Below, piece by piece: positions 8,883 through 19,298 of a stretch of 64,000 nt of DNA. The DNA comes from Minisyncoccota bacterium (GTDB taxonomy: Bacteria > Patescibacteriota > Minisyncoccia > Phycocordibacterales > SBAW01). Each line of letters starts with the position of its first letter. Position 1 is the stretch's first letter. The stretch covers positions 187,319 to 251,318 of the forward strand of contig DASZWN010000002.1 of NCBI GenBank assembly GCA_035546575.1, in the 5' to 3' direction. Both the position numbers and the translations under genes were made by a program. A model generated the notes under the pieces. The model saw nothing but the letters and a program-made list of their open reading frames with translations, was not told the DNA's origin and ran no database searches.

Positions 8883-9884
8883 TTAATTGCTGAGATACTT
8901 ATTTTTTGCTGCCAAATGCTGCTCATAGGTAGCGCTGTAGTGGAAGTTCCCACGCATATCAGAAAGATAGTATAGATAGTTGGTGCTAATCGGCGTAACT
9001 GCAGCCAAAATCGCATCGAGGCTCGGGTTGGCAATCGGCCCAGGCGGCAAGCCTGTGTTGGTATAGGTGTTGTATGGCGAGTCTTTTTGGAGATCAGCGC
9101 GAGTGAGGTCGAAAGAATTTTTGCCGATAATATAGGGGAATACGGCGTCTACCTGGAGCGGCATATTGAGCTTGATGCGCTTCCATAAGATGCCGGCAAT
9201 GACCCGACGGTCATACGTGTCGGGCGCTTCGCGCTCAAGAAGCGACGCCATGGTGATCACATCCGAAAGCGGTTTGCCGTACGCGTCGATAGAGGCTTGG
9301 ATCGAGTGGATATGCGTCGAAAAGTTGTTGGCAAACGCGCCTAAAATTGCATCGGTGTCCTGCCCGGGCATAAAAAAGTACGTGTCGGGGAATAAATACC
9401 CCTCTTTACCACGCGCCGCTTGCGTAAATGCCGCGAGATTAAAGTCCGGAATATTTTTTTGAAGGAGTGCGCCGATCTCGGCAACCGTGGCGCCCTCCGG
9501 CACGCGTATGCGCGCCGGATCCACCTCAAAATCGCCGTCGCCGAGCCGCGTGGCAACGCGCAAAATATTCCCTTTTTTAGGAAAAAAATATTCTCCTGCC
9601 ACGACCTGGCGTTTGGTGCCAAATAACCGGACCAGCGTTTCAAACATAATCGACGATCGTATAATATGCCGCTCTTTGAGCGCTGCCGCGGTCTCATGTA
9701 TGGTCTGGCCGCTCGGTACGCTCACGTATGCGCCGACAGGAAAGTCAAAAGGTGCTGAGAAAAACGCTAGGTACACAAAAAGAACGGCAACACACGCGCC
9801 AAGCGCCCAAGCATACGGGCGGCGTCGCACGCGCCTGCGCAGACTATAGAACCACCTCCACAAAAAGTTAGGGATCAGACGCAT
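8883..9884 (-). CDS. mltG: endolytic transglycosylase MltG
   Basis: EGYLFPDTY, ASLLERE, LQVD, SPYNTY, GLPPGPIANP. Confidence 0.95.
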   Translation of the reverse strand: MRLIPNFLWRWFYSLRRRVRRRPYAWALGACVAVLFVYLAFFSAPFDFPVGAYVSVPSGQTIHETAAALKERHIIRSSIMFETLVRLFGTKRQVVAGEYFFPKKGNILRVATRLGDGDFEVDPARIRVPEGATVAEIGALLQKNIPDFNLAAFTQAARGKEGYLFPDTYFFMPGQDTDAILGAFANNFSTHIHSIQASIDAYGKPLSDVITMASLLEREAPDTYDRRVIAGILWKRIKLNMPLQVDAVFPYIIGKNSFDLTRADLQKDSPYNTYTNTGLPPGPIANPSLDAILAAVTPISTNYLYYLSDMRGNFHYSATYEQHLAAKNKYLSN

Positions 9885-9887
9885 GAG

Positions 9888-11297
9888 TTAGGAAGGCAGG
9901 TTTAAGGGCGGCGCAGCGGGACCGGTCGGCAAATTAGACGGCGCCTCGGCACGCTTGCTTGCCACGCGCTCAAGCCCTGGCGGGTTCACAAGCGAGTTCG
10001 GGAAGTGCCACAGGCTTGCGAGCTCCTCTACGTTAAAAAACTCGGGTGACTGGTCGTAGGGCACGTAAAAATATGCTCGCTCGCGGTAATAGAACATGAT
10101 CTGGTCCATGATCTTATTGCGGCGGATATTCATAAAGTCCTGCCACGGGTAGTCAAAAATGGACATGCCGCGGGTCACGTTGATGTTGTTAAAGTACTCG
10201 CCGGAGCGAAATGGATCGAACAAGCGCACCAGAGAACCGATGTTAACCAGCTGGAATCGTTCTTTTTTAACGATGTACATCGAGCGTATGCCACACTCAA
10301 ACAAAAGTTTGCTCATGGCGCGCTCGATAGCCTCCACTTTGCGCCTTTCTACTTCAGTCAAAAGCGTGAGACCGCGTGCCTGCGCTTGCGCTTGTTTTTC
10401 CGGGTCGTCACCCACGAGTTTTTTTGCCCGCTCGCCTGCGGCAGCCATCATGTCGGCTATTTCCTTTTTGCCGCCTTCTTTATAGGAGTCTTTGCTCTTA
10501 TAAAAACCGTACCACTCGTCCGCTTTGCGGGCCTTGATAATGAATTGCAGCCATACATACTCGCCCTGTCCGATAGACGACATATATTCGAGGATATTGG
10601 TGAGCGGGTCGACCTGAATCTCCGGCGTATCCGGATTTTTGTCGAGCGCATAGTCGACATAGGTCTTAATGGGTACGGCGCCAGCCTTCGACTTTTTATA
10701 TTCGGTCCCCCACCAGGTATATTCTTCCTTATTAAAATGCACTTTGGTGGTGTAGTCCTCTGCCTCGGTTACTTTTGCTTCAGGAAATTGCCCGTAGAGA
10801 CGCGCCTCAACGATGTTGCGCCAGTCTTTCGGCAAGTGTATGTAAAAGCTCACTTTGCCCTCGTTGCTTGCAATCTCAAGCGTCCAGATAACGCGGAATT
10901 GCCCCTTCCAGATGCGCTGGATAAAGCTGGTCTCCGAGCCGTTGTTCCAAAGCGCAGTTAAAAACAACTCCATTGCAAGCGGCGACTTTATAACCTCCGG
11001 AGGGAGCTGCACTTCAAGCAACACCATCTTGCGACGGAACAGATATTGGAAGCGCAGATACTCGATCCAGGTCGTCCAGAATACGGTCGCGAGAAAGAGC
11101 GGTATCCATACCGGCGACATGGCAACCGTTGCGGTGCCTACTGCTTTGATAGCCATCGGGTCGAGATACGCCGCAGTACATATCAAGATCATCAAACCGA
11201 TGAACGAGATGAGGAGCGTTTCCACGCGGTAGCCGCTCGGAGTCCAATTTTCGCTCTCGTCTGTGGCGTACACGTGCGCAAAATCATGCAAGAACAT
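9888..11297 (-). CDS. conserved hypothetical membrane protein
   Basis: 469-aa ORF with two N-terminal TMs and a C-terminal EELASLWHFP motif. Confidence 0.75.
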   Translation of the reverse strand: MFLHDFAHVYATDESENWTPSGYRVETLLISFIGLMILICTAAYLDPMAIKAVGTATVAMSPVWIPLFLATVFWTTWIEYLRFQYLFRRKMVLLEVQLPPEVIKSPLAMELFLTALWNNGSETSFIQRIWKGQFRVIWTLEIASNEGKVSFYIHLPKDWRNIVEARLYGQFPEAKVTEAEDYTTKVHFNKEEYTWWGTEYKKSKAGAVPIKTYVDYALDKNPDTPEIQVDPLTNILEYMSSIGQGEYVWLQFIIKARKADEWYGFYKSKDSYKEGGKKEIADMMAAAGERAKKLVGDDPEKQAQAQARGLTLLTEVERRKVEAIERAMSKLLFECGIRSMYIVKKERFQLVNIGSLVRLFDPFRSGEYFNNINVTRGMSIFDYPWQDFMNIRRNKIMDQIMFYYRERAYFYVPYDQSPEFFNVEELASLWHFPNSLVNPPGLERVASKRAEAPSNLPTGPAAPPLNLPS

Positions 11298-11318
11298 ACG
11301 TGGTATTATACAGCATGT

Positions 11319-11678
11319 ATGACCGAGCTATTAAACATCATAGCCACGCACCCCGTACAAGATGTTGAAGTGCTGCTGAGTTTTCTTGGAGGATTTTCGG
11401 TTATTATTTTTCTGCGCGGATTTTTAAGCGGATTGCCGCAGCTTATACTCATCAATATGGACGCTGAGCACCTCGCGCACGCGCGCACGCGCGCTATGTG
11501 GGGCATGATGCTTTTGTGGGCATTGTTTGGGATCTGGGAATTATTCCGCTACACCCTTGCACTGCTTTTCGGAGAAACGCTGCCCCACTCACAAGGCGTG
11601 CTGGCGGTAATTATATTTGTCTTTATCGTATTTTTTGCACTACCGTACTACTTGATGCCTAAAGGCGGCGGACACTAA
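11319..11678 (+). CDS. small 3-TM protein, possibly of the CPR pilin-like (VirB2-like) type
   Basis: Start re-called at MTELL; hydrophobic helices with an AHARTRAMWG linker; followed by a terminator. Confidence 0.6.
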   Translation: MTELLNIIATHPVQDVEVLLSFLGGFSVIIFLRGFLSGLPQLILINMDAEHLAHARTRAMWGMMLLWALFGIWELFRYTLALLFGETLPHSQGVLAVIIFVFIVFFALPYYLMPKGGGH

Positions 11679-11690
11679 GCGGCGTGCAAC

Positions 11691-11718
11691 AAAAAAACAC
11701 CCAGCCGGGTGTTTTTTT
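11691..11718. terminator. bidirectional intrinsic terminator
   Basis: AAAAAAACACCC-AGCC-GGGTGTTTTTTT between convergent genes. Confidence 0.85.
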
Positions 11719-11723
11719 GAATC

Positions 11724-12767
11724 TTATTTAACGAGGATAAATTTTGCGTCTTTGCCCCGCTTAAAGTATTTCTGGTTTTGGAGGTTGACCGCAACGGTGC
11801 CCGGCTTTACGTGGCGCTCTTTAAGCACCTTTTCGATTATCTGGTCTTTGGTCATCGGACCGCCCTCGCGCAATATATTGCGGATAACATCGCGGACAAC
11901 ACCCGACGCATAGCCCCACTCTTTGAGCGCGTACATGCCGCGTCCAACAAGCACAAAGCGGTCGTCCTTAATAAGCTCGTTGTGCGTCGTTGCAACATGC
12001 GCTGCGCGGTTGAACATCTTTTCAATAAGCTGCGCTACCTCGCGGAAGTGCAGAGGCGAGCCGTGCTTTTTAACAGCCAAGTAGGCGTAGTCGCGCACGC
12101 CCTTTGTCTTAACGTTTGGCGATGCAGAGTGGCCCCACTCGCCAAGTGGGTTTTTGCCGATGCGCTTGCTGATAGAGAGCCAGCGGCGCAGCACCTCGGT
12201 ATTGCGATGCTTGTCGTTGATGTCCTGGAGCTCTTTAAGAAAGCGGTCGATCATTTCGCCCTCGGGGATCAGGTCCTCGTCGGAGAGACCTTCGTAGAGG
12301 CGCTTGAGCGCAGTCTCAACCTTGTCGGCCAAACCCGGGTCAACGTACCAGCAACGCTCTACCTCGTCGTCCTCTTTGCGGTATTTAAACGGGTCGCCGA
12401 GCACGAGCAGGAAGTAGATATGGTTCTGCATGCTTGCGTCTTTGGTGATGAAGTCAAGCAAGTCTTGCTCGCAGACAATGCCGCCAAGGCTGTCTACGAT
12501 GCGCTCAAGCTCGTGGAATGCTGCCTGTGCTTCGCTAAACGAAGGAGATTTCTTGAGCGCTGCGAGAGCGTGGTTCTCGATCTGGCGTACGCGCTCGCGG
12601 GTGATGCCCCAGCGCTTGCCGATAGCCTCAAGCGTAACCTTTTCAGTGTTTGTGCCAAGGCCAAAACGAGCTTCAAGCACCACGCGAGAGCGCTCCGGGA
12701 GAGATGTGAGGAGTTTCTTTACGATTGCCTTTGGCTTAAAGCCTGTCTTGTCCGCTGTTTGTGGCAT
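11724..12767 (-). CDS. sigma70 region-4 HTH plus HARE-HTH (RNAP delta-like) protein
   Basis: TLEAIGKRWGITRERVRQIE; PLHFREVA...HNELIKDDRFVLVGRGMYALKEW. Confidence 0.85.
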   Translation of the reverse strand: MPQTADKTGFKPKAIVKKLLTSLPERSRVVLEARFGLGTNTEKVTLEAIGKRWGITRERVRQIENHALAALKKSPSFSEAQAAFHELERIVDSLGGIVCEQDLLDFITKDASMQNHIYFLLVLGDPFKYRKEDDEVERCWYVDPGLADKVETALKRLYEGLSDEDLIPEGEMIDRFLKELQDINDKHRNTEVLRRWLSISKRIGKNPLGEWGHSASPNVKTKGVRDYAYLAVKKHGSPLHFREVAQLIEKMFNRAAHVATTHNELIKDDRFVLVGRGMYALKEWGYASGVVRDVIRNILREGGPMTKDQIIEKVLKERHVKPGTVAVNLQNQKYFKRGKDAKFILVK

Positions 12768-12826
12768 AATTTGTATGTTCTAATATATCACACACTAATC
12801 TGTTGGTCAAACCTTGCCAAGATAGG

Positions 12827-15247
12827 CTAAACGGGGTCTGTGGATACCGCAAAACTGATGATCCTGCCCGCAACATACACCGCCTTTTCCTCTTTGCCAA
12901 GGGCCAGCCACCGAGCTACCGCAGGGTCCTTACGGGCAGCCGCCAAAGCTTCCTCTTGTGTGGCCGCGGGTGGAAGCTCGATTGTCGCTCTAAGCTTTCC
13001 GTTTACTTGGATTGCGATAGGGGTGTTAAAGACAGGAAGATCCGATGTGTTGGGTTGGGGCCAAGCATCTAGCGAATAGCCCATTCTTTCCGCTATCTCA
13101 CTCGTGATATGCGGCGCAAGTGGAGACAACAAACGCAGGAGATCTTCGTACTGGGCTCGATTGATTTCTTTTCTTTTTGCTTCACCTACAAAAATCATCA
13201 GGGCTGAAATTGCTGTATTAAATTTCAAGTGTTCTAAATCACTTGAAACTTTTTCGACCGTTTTACGATGAACCATATCCATAGCTCCCGCAATTCCGTC
13301 GGTTACTTTTTCTTGCAGATCCCATACGTGCTCCAAAAACCGGCGGGCTCCCAAGATATTCTGGGTGTTCCACGGCTTCATGGCCTCAAGCGGACCCATA
13401 AACATCTCGTAGACTCGCAGCGTATCCGCGCCATACGTAGCCACTACGTCGTCGGGGTTAATGACATTCCCCTTACTTTTGCTCATTTTGTTGCCGTCCT
13501 CGGCCAAGATAATCCCCTGATGGCGGAGCTTTTTGAATGGCTCGCCAAAAGTAATATAACCCTCTTGCTGTAGCACTTTGGTGATAAAGCGTGAGTACAG
13601 GAGATGCAGTACCGTATGCTCGGCACCGCCAACGTAGAGGTCGACCGGGAGCCACTTTTGCATCGCCTCTTTAGAGGCAAACTCCTTGCTGTTGCGCGGG
13701 TCGGCAAAACGGAAGTAGTACCACGAGGAGCAGACGAAGGTATCCATCGTATCGATCTCTGGCTTCCAACCTATGCCAAAGATTTTTTCTGTTCGCTCAA
13801 GCAGCTCTTTGCTCTGGCCAAGCGGCGAGGTGCCGGTTGGCTTAAACTCCACATCAGTCGGGAGCAGCCACGGCAGATGCTCCTCCGGTACTGCGTGCGG
13901 TTTTCCTTCCGGATCGTACACCACCGGAATAGGCGCGCCCCAGTAGCGCTGGCGGGAGATCAGCCAGTCGCGCAAGCGATAAGTCTTTACCATTTTTCCC
14001 CCAACAGCTTCGGTGATTTTTTTCTTTGCCTCGGCGCTTTGTAGACCAGTAAAATCTCCAGAATTTATTAGTATATTCTCTCCTACAAATATATCTTCCG
14101 TAGAACCGGATTTTAATTTGGCTGTTTCCATAATCCTAGGATTTCCGGGTTCGACGACTTTTCGAATAGGCAACCCGAATACATCAGCAAATTCTCTATC
14201 GCGCCTATCGTGGGCCGGAACGGCCATGATTGCTCCGGTGCCGTAGTTGCCAAGCACATAATCCGCTACAAATACCGGGATCTCTTCTTGGTTTGCGGGG
14301 TTGATAGCTTTAATACCTTTAAGCTCGACACCGGTCTTCTCCTTCCCTTCCTCCTGGCGCTCGATATCGGTCTTGTTCTTCACCACTTCCATATATGGAA
14401 GTACCTCGGATTCCCAATTTTCAATATGATTCTTTAACTTTTGCAGCAAGGGATGCTCCGGAGCAAGCACGAGGTATGTCGCGCCGAATATCGTATCAGC
14501 ACGTGTTGTAAAGACAGTAATCGATTCGGAAGAGTTTGATATATCAAACTTAATCTCGGCACCCTCGCTGCGGCCTATCCAGTTGCGCTGCGCTATTTTG
14601 GTCGACTCGGGCCAATCAACTTGGTCGAGGTCGTCTACCAGCGCGTCGGCGTATTTAGTGATCTTAAAGAACCACTGCTCCAAGTCTTTTTGCACCACCT
14701 CGGTGCCGCAGCGCTCGCAGCACCCATTCACTACCTGCTCATTGGCGAGCACGGTCTGGTCCTTGGGGCACCAGTTAACCTTGGCGCGGCGCTTTTCTGC
14801 CAAGCCTTTGTTGTAAAGAAAGAGGAAGAACCACTGCGTCCATTTGTAGTACTCGGGCGTATGCGTGCCTATCTCGCGCGACCAATCGTACGAGAGACCG
14901 AGCGAGTTAATCTGCCTGGTGAATGTTTTGATCGCCTCGTCGGTGGTTTTGACCGGCGGTACGCCTGTTTTAATGGCGTAGTTTTCGGCAGGTAGGCCAA
15001 ACGCGTCCCAACCCATCGGGTGGAGCACGTTGTAGCCCTGCATGCGCTTAAAACGGCTGTAGATGTCAGTTGCAGTGTAACCTTCCACATGCCCAACATG
15101 TAGCCCTGCGCCGGAGGGATACGGGAACATGTCTAATATATAGAGCTTTTGTTTATCGGAAGAGTCCGATGCGGCAAAAGCATTCTCGTCGGCCCACTTC
15201 TTCTGCCACTTTTTTTCGATAGCTTTGTGGTCGTACTTGAGAGCCAT
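12827..15247 (-). CDS. leuS: leucine--tRNA ligase
   Basis: MFPYPSG, HVGH, KMSKS and the CP1 editing domain (GTGAIMAVPAHD). Confidence 0.98.
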   Translation of the reverse strand: MALKYDHKAIEKKWQKKWADENAFAASDSSDKQKLYILDMFPYPSGAGLHVGHVEGYTATDIYSRFKRMQGYNVLHPMGWDAFGLPAENYAIKTGVPPVKTTDEAIKTFTRQINSLGLSYDWSREIGTHTPEYYKWTQWFFLFLYNKGLAEKRRAKVNWCPKDQTVLANEQVVNGCCERCGTEVVQKDLEQWFFKITKYADALVDDLDQVDWPESTKIAQRNWIGRSEGAEIKFDISNSSESITVFTTRADTIFGATYLVLAPEHPLLQKLKNHIENWESEVLPYMEVVKNKTDIERQEEGKEKTGVELKGIKAINPANQEEIPVFVADYVLGNYGTGAIMAVPAHDRRDREFADVFGLPIRKVVEPGNPRIMETAKLKSGSTEDIFVGENILINSGDFTGLQSAEAKKKITEAVGGKMVKTYRLRDWLISRQRYWGAPIPVVYDPEGKPHAVPEEHLPWLLPTDVEFKPTGTSPLGQSKELLERTEKIFGIGWKPEIDTMDTFVCSSWYYFRFADPRNSKEFASKEAMQKWLPVDLYVGGAEHTVLHLLYSRFITKVLQQEGYITFGEPFKKLRHQGIILAEDGNKMSKSKGNVINPDDVVATYGADTLRVYEMFMGPLEAMKPWNTQNILGARRFLEHVWDLQEKVTDGIAGAMDMVHRKTVEKVSSDLEHLKFNTAISALMIFVGEAKRKEINRAQYEDLLRLLSPLAPHITSEIAERMGYSLDAWPQPNTSDLPVFNTPIAIQVNGKLRATIELPPAATQEEALAAARKDPAVARWLALGKEEKAVYVAGRIISFAVSTDPV

Positions 15248-15284
15248 GTGCTATACAAAGTACCACACAATTTCTAAAAAGGAA

Positions 15285-16235
15285 TTATTTATTGAGCGGA
15301 GGGAAGAAGTCTGGGTCTATAGTGCGTACAAAACACACGTGGCCCGCGTCATGCTGCCAGCCGTTGTCTCCTGTTACTCCATAGGCCTTTGGGGCAGACG
15401 TTGGCCGCTGCGAGATGCCCGTTGGCACGGTGTCGTCAGTATCGGCGAGCGTAAAGGTTGCGCACAACTCAAACCCGAGATCGGCTGTCTTTTTATATTC
15501 GTACTCAGCGCCTGTAGCAGGATCAACTGGCACCGTGTAGTAGAGCGTCGGGTCCATGAGCTGCGCAAGGCTGGTCGGGAGTGCCTGCTTTTGCTGATAG
15601 AACGAGAGTATTTGCGACTGGAGGCTCTGCAAATCTTGCACGCGCCTATCATCGAGCCGTGCTTGGCGTGCGTGCCAAGGCGTACCGATAATCAGGAAGC
15701 CTGATGCAATGGTTATAAGGATAAGCGCACCCACGCCCCACCCCACCGAGCGGGCGCGCTGCGGATACTCAATCCAATAACCCCAAATATCCGCGAGAAA
15801 ATGCATAAAGCCACCGCTTGCCACAAGCAGCACTACTGCGACTTTAAGAAGAAAGCGGATCGTGATGTCCTCGCCGGAAAGGAAGTAGTAGATGAGCGTA
15901 ACAAGGTCGCCCACAATAGTGAGGCCCGCAATAAACACGGTCAGATAGAGCGCCCAACGGCGCACCCAGACGTCGCGGCGCGTAGAGTCTTTGGCAATCT
16001 CCCGGCGGATTGCACGCATAAGGAGGAGGAATACAGGAAAGAGCACGATCAATGTCGCAATCTCAAAAGAGACCGAGCCTTGGTACGGATCGTAGTAGTA
16101 CGAGAGAGAATCTGGGAAAACATAATTGATGTAATCAAACAAGAGCCGAATGAGCGCGATAGCGCTGCCGTAGAGCATAATCATTGCTCCCGCCCACAAA
16201 AAGAAATCTCGAGGTGTTGCCTTTGGGTGTTCCAT
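15285..16235 (-). CDS. multi-pass membrane protein (DUF5671-like) with a C-terminal soluble domain
   Basis: Five TMs followed by D..RV.DL, DPATG.EYEY, FELCATF. Confidence 0.75.
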   Translation of the reverse strand: MEHPKATPRDFFLWAGAMIMLYGSAIALIRLLFDYINYVFPDSLSYYYDPYQGSVSFEIATLIVLFPVFLLLMRAIRREIAKDSTRRDVWVRRWALYLTVFIAGLTIVGDLVTLIYYFLSGEDITIRFLLKVAVVLLVASGGFMHFLADIWGYWIEYPQRARSVGWGVGALILITIASGFLIIGTPWHARQARLDDRRVQDLQSLQSQILSFYQQKQALPTSLAQLMDPTLYYTVPVDPATGAEYEYKKTADLGFELCATFTLADTDDTVPTGISQRPTSAPKAYGVTGDNGWQHDAGHVCFVRTIDPDFFPPLNK

Positions 16236-16312
16236 ATATTATAGAAAACGAATAATTCTACAGCTACCTAATAATCATACATTATAAGGCTATATGACTG
16301 TCTGGGGATAAC

Positions 16313-16341
16313 TTGACATACAGCCGTTTTGGGTGTATAAT
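16313..16341 (+). promoter_or_regulatory. consensus sigma70 promoter
   Basis: TTGACA-17nt-TATAAT upstream of the SD-led ORF at 16383. Confidence 0.8.
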
Positions 16342-16382
16342 AGCCATCAAGTTCGTTTGTTCTTCAATAAAGGAGGTGGCCC

Positions 16383-16607
16383 ATGTCGGCCATTGATCAC
16401 AGATACAACTTGCCGGTTATCAAGCCAGCGAGTAAGTTCGAGAAGCGGATGCGGATCGGACTTGCAGTTTGCCTTACGGCCGCTGCAATTCTGATCGTCG
16501 CAGACAAGATCGGCGAACGTCTCCAGAACGAAGCTGCGGACTCTGTCGGCGCCTCGATTTCAAGCGGGATCAACATCGTCGGCAGCATTATGGGAAATCT
16601 TCCCTGA
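16383..16607 (+). CDS. small single-TM hypothetical protein
   Basis: Own promoter, AAGGAGGT SD, downstream GC-rich hairpin plus T tract. Confidence 0.75.
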   Translation: MSAIDHRYNLPVIKPASKFEKRMRIGLAVCLTAAAILIVADKIGERLQNEAADSVGASISSGINIVGSIMGNLP

Positions 16608-16666
16608 TACCCAAACAGGTTCGACCGCCGCCCCCACCTACCTCAGGTGCGGGCGGCGTTCTGTTT

Positions 16667-17611
16667 TTATCCGTGCAAAAACTCCATCACTTCGCCGTCT
16701 TTGACGATATATTCTTTGCCCTCGGTGCGGATCCAGCCCAAGTCGCGCGCTTTGCTCCAACTCCCCGCCTCAAGCAGCTTATCCCAGGCAATAACCTCGG
16801 CGCGGATAAACTTTGTCTCAAAATCGGTGTGGATTGCAGCACCGGCTTTAGGCGCGGCTGAGCCTTTTGTGATCGTCCATGCACGCGTCTCGTCTTTGCC
16901 GGTCGTAAAAAAGCTGATAAGCCCGAGCAACTCGTAGCCGCCTCTAATCAGCGCGTTAACACCGTCCTCAAACATGCCGTACTCCTGGCGGAACTGCTGC
17001 TTGTCATCAGCATGGAGCTCGCGCAGATCGTTCTCGACATGTGCGTCTACCACCACCCAGGTAGCATTGGTATTTTTAAAGAATTCCATCAGCCTGTCCC
17101 ATCGCTCGTCCTTCATCTCATCGAGGTTGTGGCCGCCGGACTCCTTGTTCAACACGTAGAGCACCGGCTTTTGGCTGATCAGATTCTCTTTTTTATCCAA
17201 ATCGGCCAACTGGAGTTCGGTATTGATAAGTTCGATGTCGTGCACCGGGTCGATAGTGTCCTCCACCTGCGCAATGTTTTCGTTGTCAAAGATACGCACC
17301 ACATGCGCGATGGCGTCTACCTCGCGGATATGCTGCAAAAATTGGTTGCCGAGCCCTTCGCCCTCACTCGCACCCTTAACCAGACCTGCAATGTCGACAA
17401 ACTCCACTGCTGCCGGGATATCTTTTGCCGACTGCGAGAACTTGGCGAGCTTTTCGCGACGCTCGTCTGGGACCGCAACTACACCAACCGACGGGTCAAT
17501 GGTCGCAAACGGATAGTTGGCAATAAGCACGCTCTTTTTAGTGAGCGCCTGAAAAAGAGTCGACTTACCCACGTTGGGGAGGCCAACAATACCTATAGAA
17601 AGTTTCGCCAT
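16667..17611 (-). CDS. ychF: YchF/Obg-like ATPase (shortened)
   Basis: GLPNVGKST, NYPFATID, DIAGLVKGASEGEGLGNQFL and a TGS domain. Confidence 0.95.
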   Translation of the reverse strand: MAKLSIGIVGLPNVGKSTLFQALTKKSVLIANYPFATIDPSVGVVAVPDERREKLAKFSQSAKDIPAAVEFVDIAGLVKGASEGEGLGNQFLQHIREVDAIAHVVRIFDNENIAQVEDTIDPVHDIELINTELQLADLDKKENLISQKPVLYVLNKESGGHNLDEMKDERWDRLMEFFKNTNATWVVVDAHVENDLRELHADDKQQFRQEYGMFEDGVNALIRGGYELLGLISFFTTGKDETRAWTITKGSAAPKAGAAIHTDFETKFIRAEVIAWDKLLEAGSWSKARDLGWIRTEGKEYIVKDGEVMEFLHG

Positions 17612-17722
17612 GAGCCTGGATTATGCCATGGATTTACAACATTGTCTCTCAGCCATTAGATAAAATATCTCATGCCATGAGGTAATTGACTACTCGAGGC
17701 CAAACTGATAGTATAGCTGCAC

Positions 17723-19288
17723 ATGATAAACGACATTTTGTATAGGGTTTGGGCCTTTCTGCGCGGCCTGTGGAAGCGCATTCATTTATTCTTCAGCAAG
17801 CTTGGGGTCTGGAAGTCGGTCGCACTCATTGCAGGCGTTATTATCGTACTGCTCGTAGCTAAACATTTTATTTTTGGCGGCGCTCCGGCAGCAGAAGTAA
17901 CTACTAACGACACGCCAACCGTCACGGTTAAGTCGGTTGCCGCTCTCATGGAAGGCGGCTCTCCCCTTTCTATTGCAGGCCAGGTGCAATCGCAAACTCA
18001 GGCAACCGTTAATAGCGAAAAATCTGGCACCATCACCTCGGTCAACTACGCACTCGGCGATTATGTATACGCAGGCGCGGTAATAGCACAAATAGAGAAC
18101 GCATCTGAGCGCGCAGCGGTTGCACAAGCACAGGCAGCGGTAGATGCCGCTACCGCAGGCTCGCAAACCTCGCAAACAACGCTTGCGGCAGCACAAGGCA
18201 ACGCAGTTACTGCGCTTCTTTCTGCGTACGGCACCACAGACAGCTCCATAAAGGGCACGGTAGACCCGATGTTTTCTAACCCGACCAGCAATCAGCCGCA
18301 GCTCAATGTCACGAGCTCCGACTCACAGGCAAAAGTAGACTCCGAGAACGGCCGCCTGAAGATCAACACCGTCCTTAACCGCGAGCATGCACGCTCGGCG
18401 TCTCTCTCGAGCTCTGACGATCTTATGGCTGAGATCACTACAACTCAGGCTGAGCTTAGACAAACTCGTGACTTCTTTGACACACTGATCCGCGCACTCA
18501 ACGCAGGTATCGCAACGCAGACGGTAAGCGACTCAACGCTCACTGCCTACAAAGCATCTGCGGCTGCCGCGCGCGCCTCTATCACAGGCAGCATTTCAAC
18601 GCTCATAGGCATACAACAGGCGCTTCAGACCGCGCAGCAAAACTCCTCGCAGACAACCGGCGTTTCGGCAACGCAGGCTGGTCTGGCGCAGGCACAAGCG
18701 GGCCTTGCTGCGGCTCGCGCTAACCTCGAGAAGAGCATTATCCGTGCGCCTATCTCGGGCACGATCAACTCGCTCCCGCTTAAAGTGGGCAACTTTATTG
18801 CATCGTTCTCGCCGGCAGTCACTATTGCCAACAACGGCGCGCTTGAGGTTATCGCATACGTCACGCAAAACGACACCGCACAGATCAGCGTTGGCGGCAA
18901 AGCAGTAATCGAGGGCAGCGTTGCGGGCGTGATCACCCGTATCGCGCCAGCGCTCGACCCGCTTACCAAAAAGATCGAGGTTCGCGTCGGCATCACCGGC
19001 AAAAACACGCTCATAAACGGCCAGTCTGTCTCGGTTGAGCTCGGCAGCGCACCAAAACCAACTACTGCTCTTACAAAAATCACGATCCCACTCGCGGCAC
19101 TTAAAATTGCTGCCGACGGCATGAGCGTATTCACCGTAAACGCCTCAAACACACTCGAAACACAGCCGGTTACTATCGGCGAGCTTATGGGCGACCGTGT
19201 AGTTATTATCAGCGGCCTCACTGCAACGACCACTATTGTTACCGACGCGCGCGGTCTCCGCGCAGGCCAGAGTGTAAACGTTCGCTAA
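17723..19288 (+). CDS. RND efflux periplasmic adaptor (HlyD/MFP family)
   Basis: N-terminal TM, lipoyl halves, long coiled coil, IRAPISG. Confidence 0.88.
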   Translation: MINDILYRVWAFLRGLWKRIHLFFSKLGVWKSVALIAGVIIVLLVAKHFIFGGAPAAEVTTNDTPTVTVKSVAALMEGGSPLSIAGQVQSQTQATVNSEKSGTITSVNYALGDYVYAGAVIAQIENASERAAVAQAQAAVDAATAGSQTSQTTLAAAQGNAVTALLSAYGTTDSSIKGTVDPMFSNPTSNQPQLNVTSSDSQAKVDSENGRLKINTVLNREHARSASLSSSDDLMAEITTTQAELRQTRDFFDTLIRALNAGIATQTVSDSTLTAYKASAAAARASITGSISTLIGIQQALQTAQQNSSQTTGVSATQAGLAQAQAGLAAARANLEKSIIRAPISGTINSLPLKVGNFIASFSPAVTIANNGALEVIAYVTQNDTAQISVGGKAVIEGSVAGVITRIAPALDPLTKKIEVRVGITGKNTLINGQSVSVELGSAPKPTTALTKITIPLAALKIAADGMSVFTVNASNTLETQPVTIGELMGDRVVIISGLTATTTIVTDARGLRAGQSVNVR

Positions 19289-19298
19289 CTCTCCTCAC

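Noticed and set aside
11778-12830. 350-aa plus-strand ORF, and similar long antisense ORFs over atpA, atpD, the RND permease, uvr genes and tgt
   Set aside because: Shadows of well-supported genes on the opposite strand
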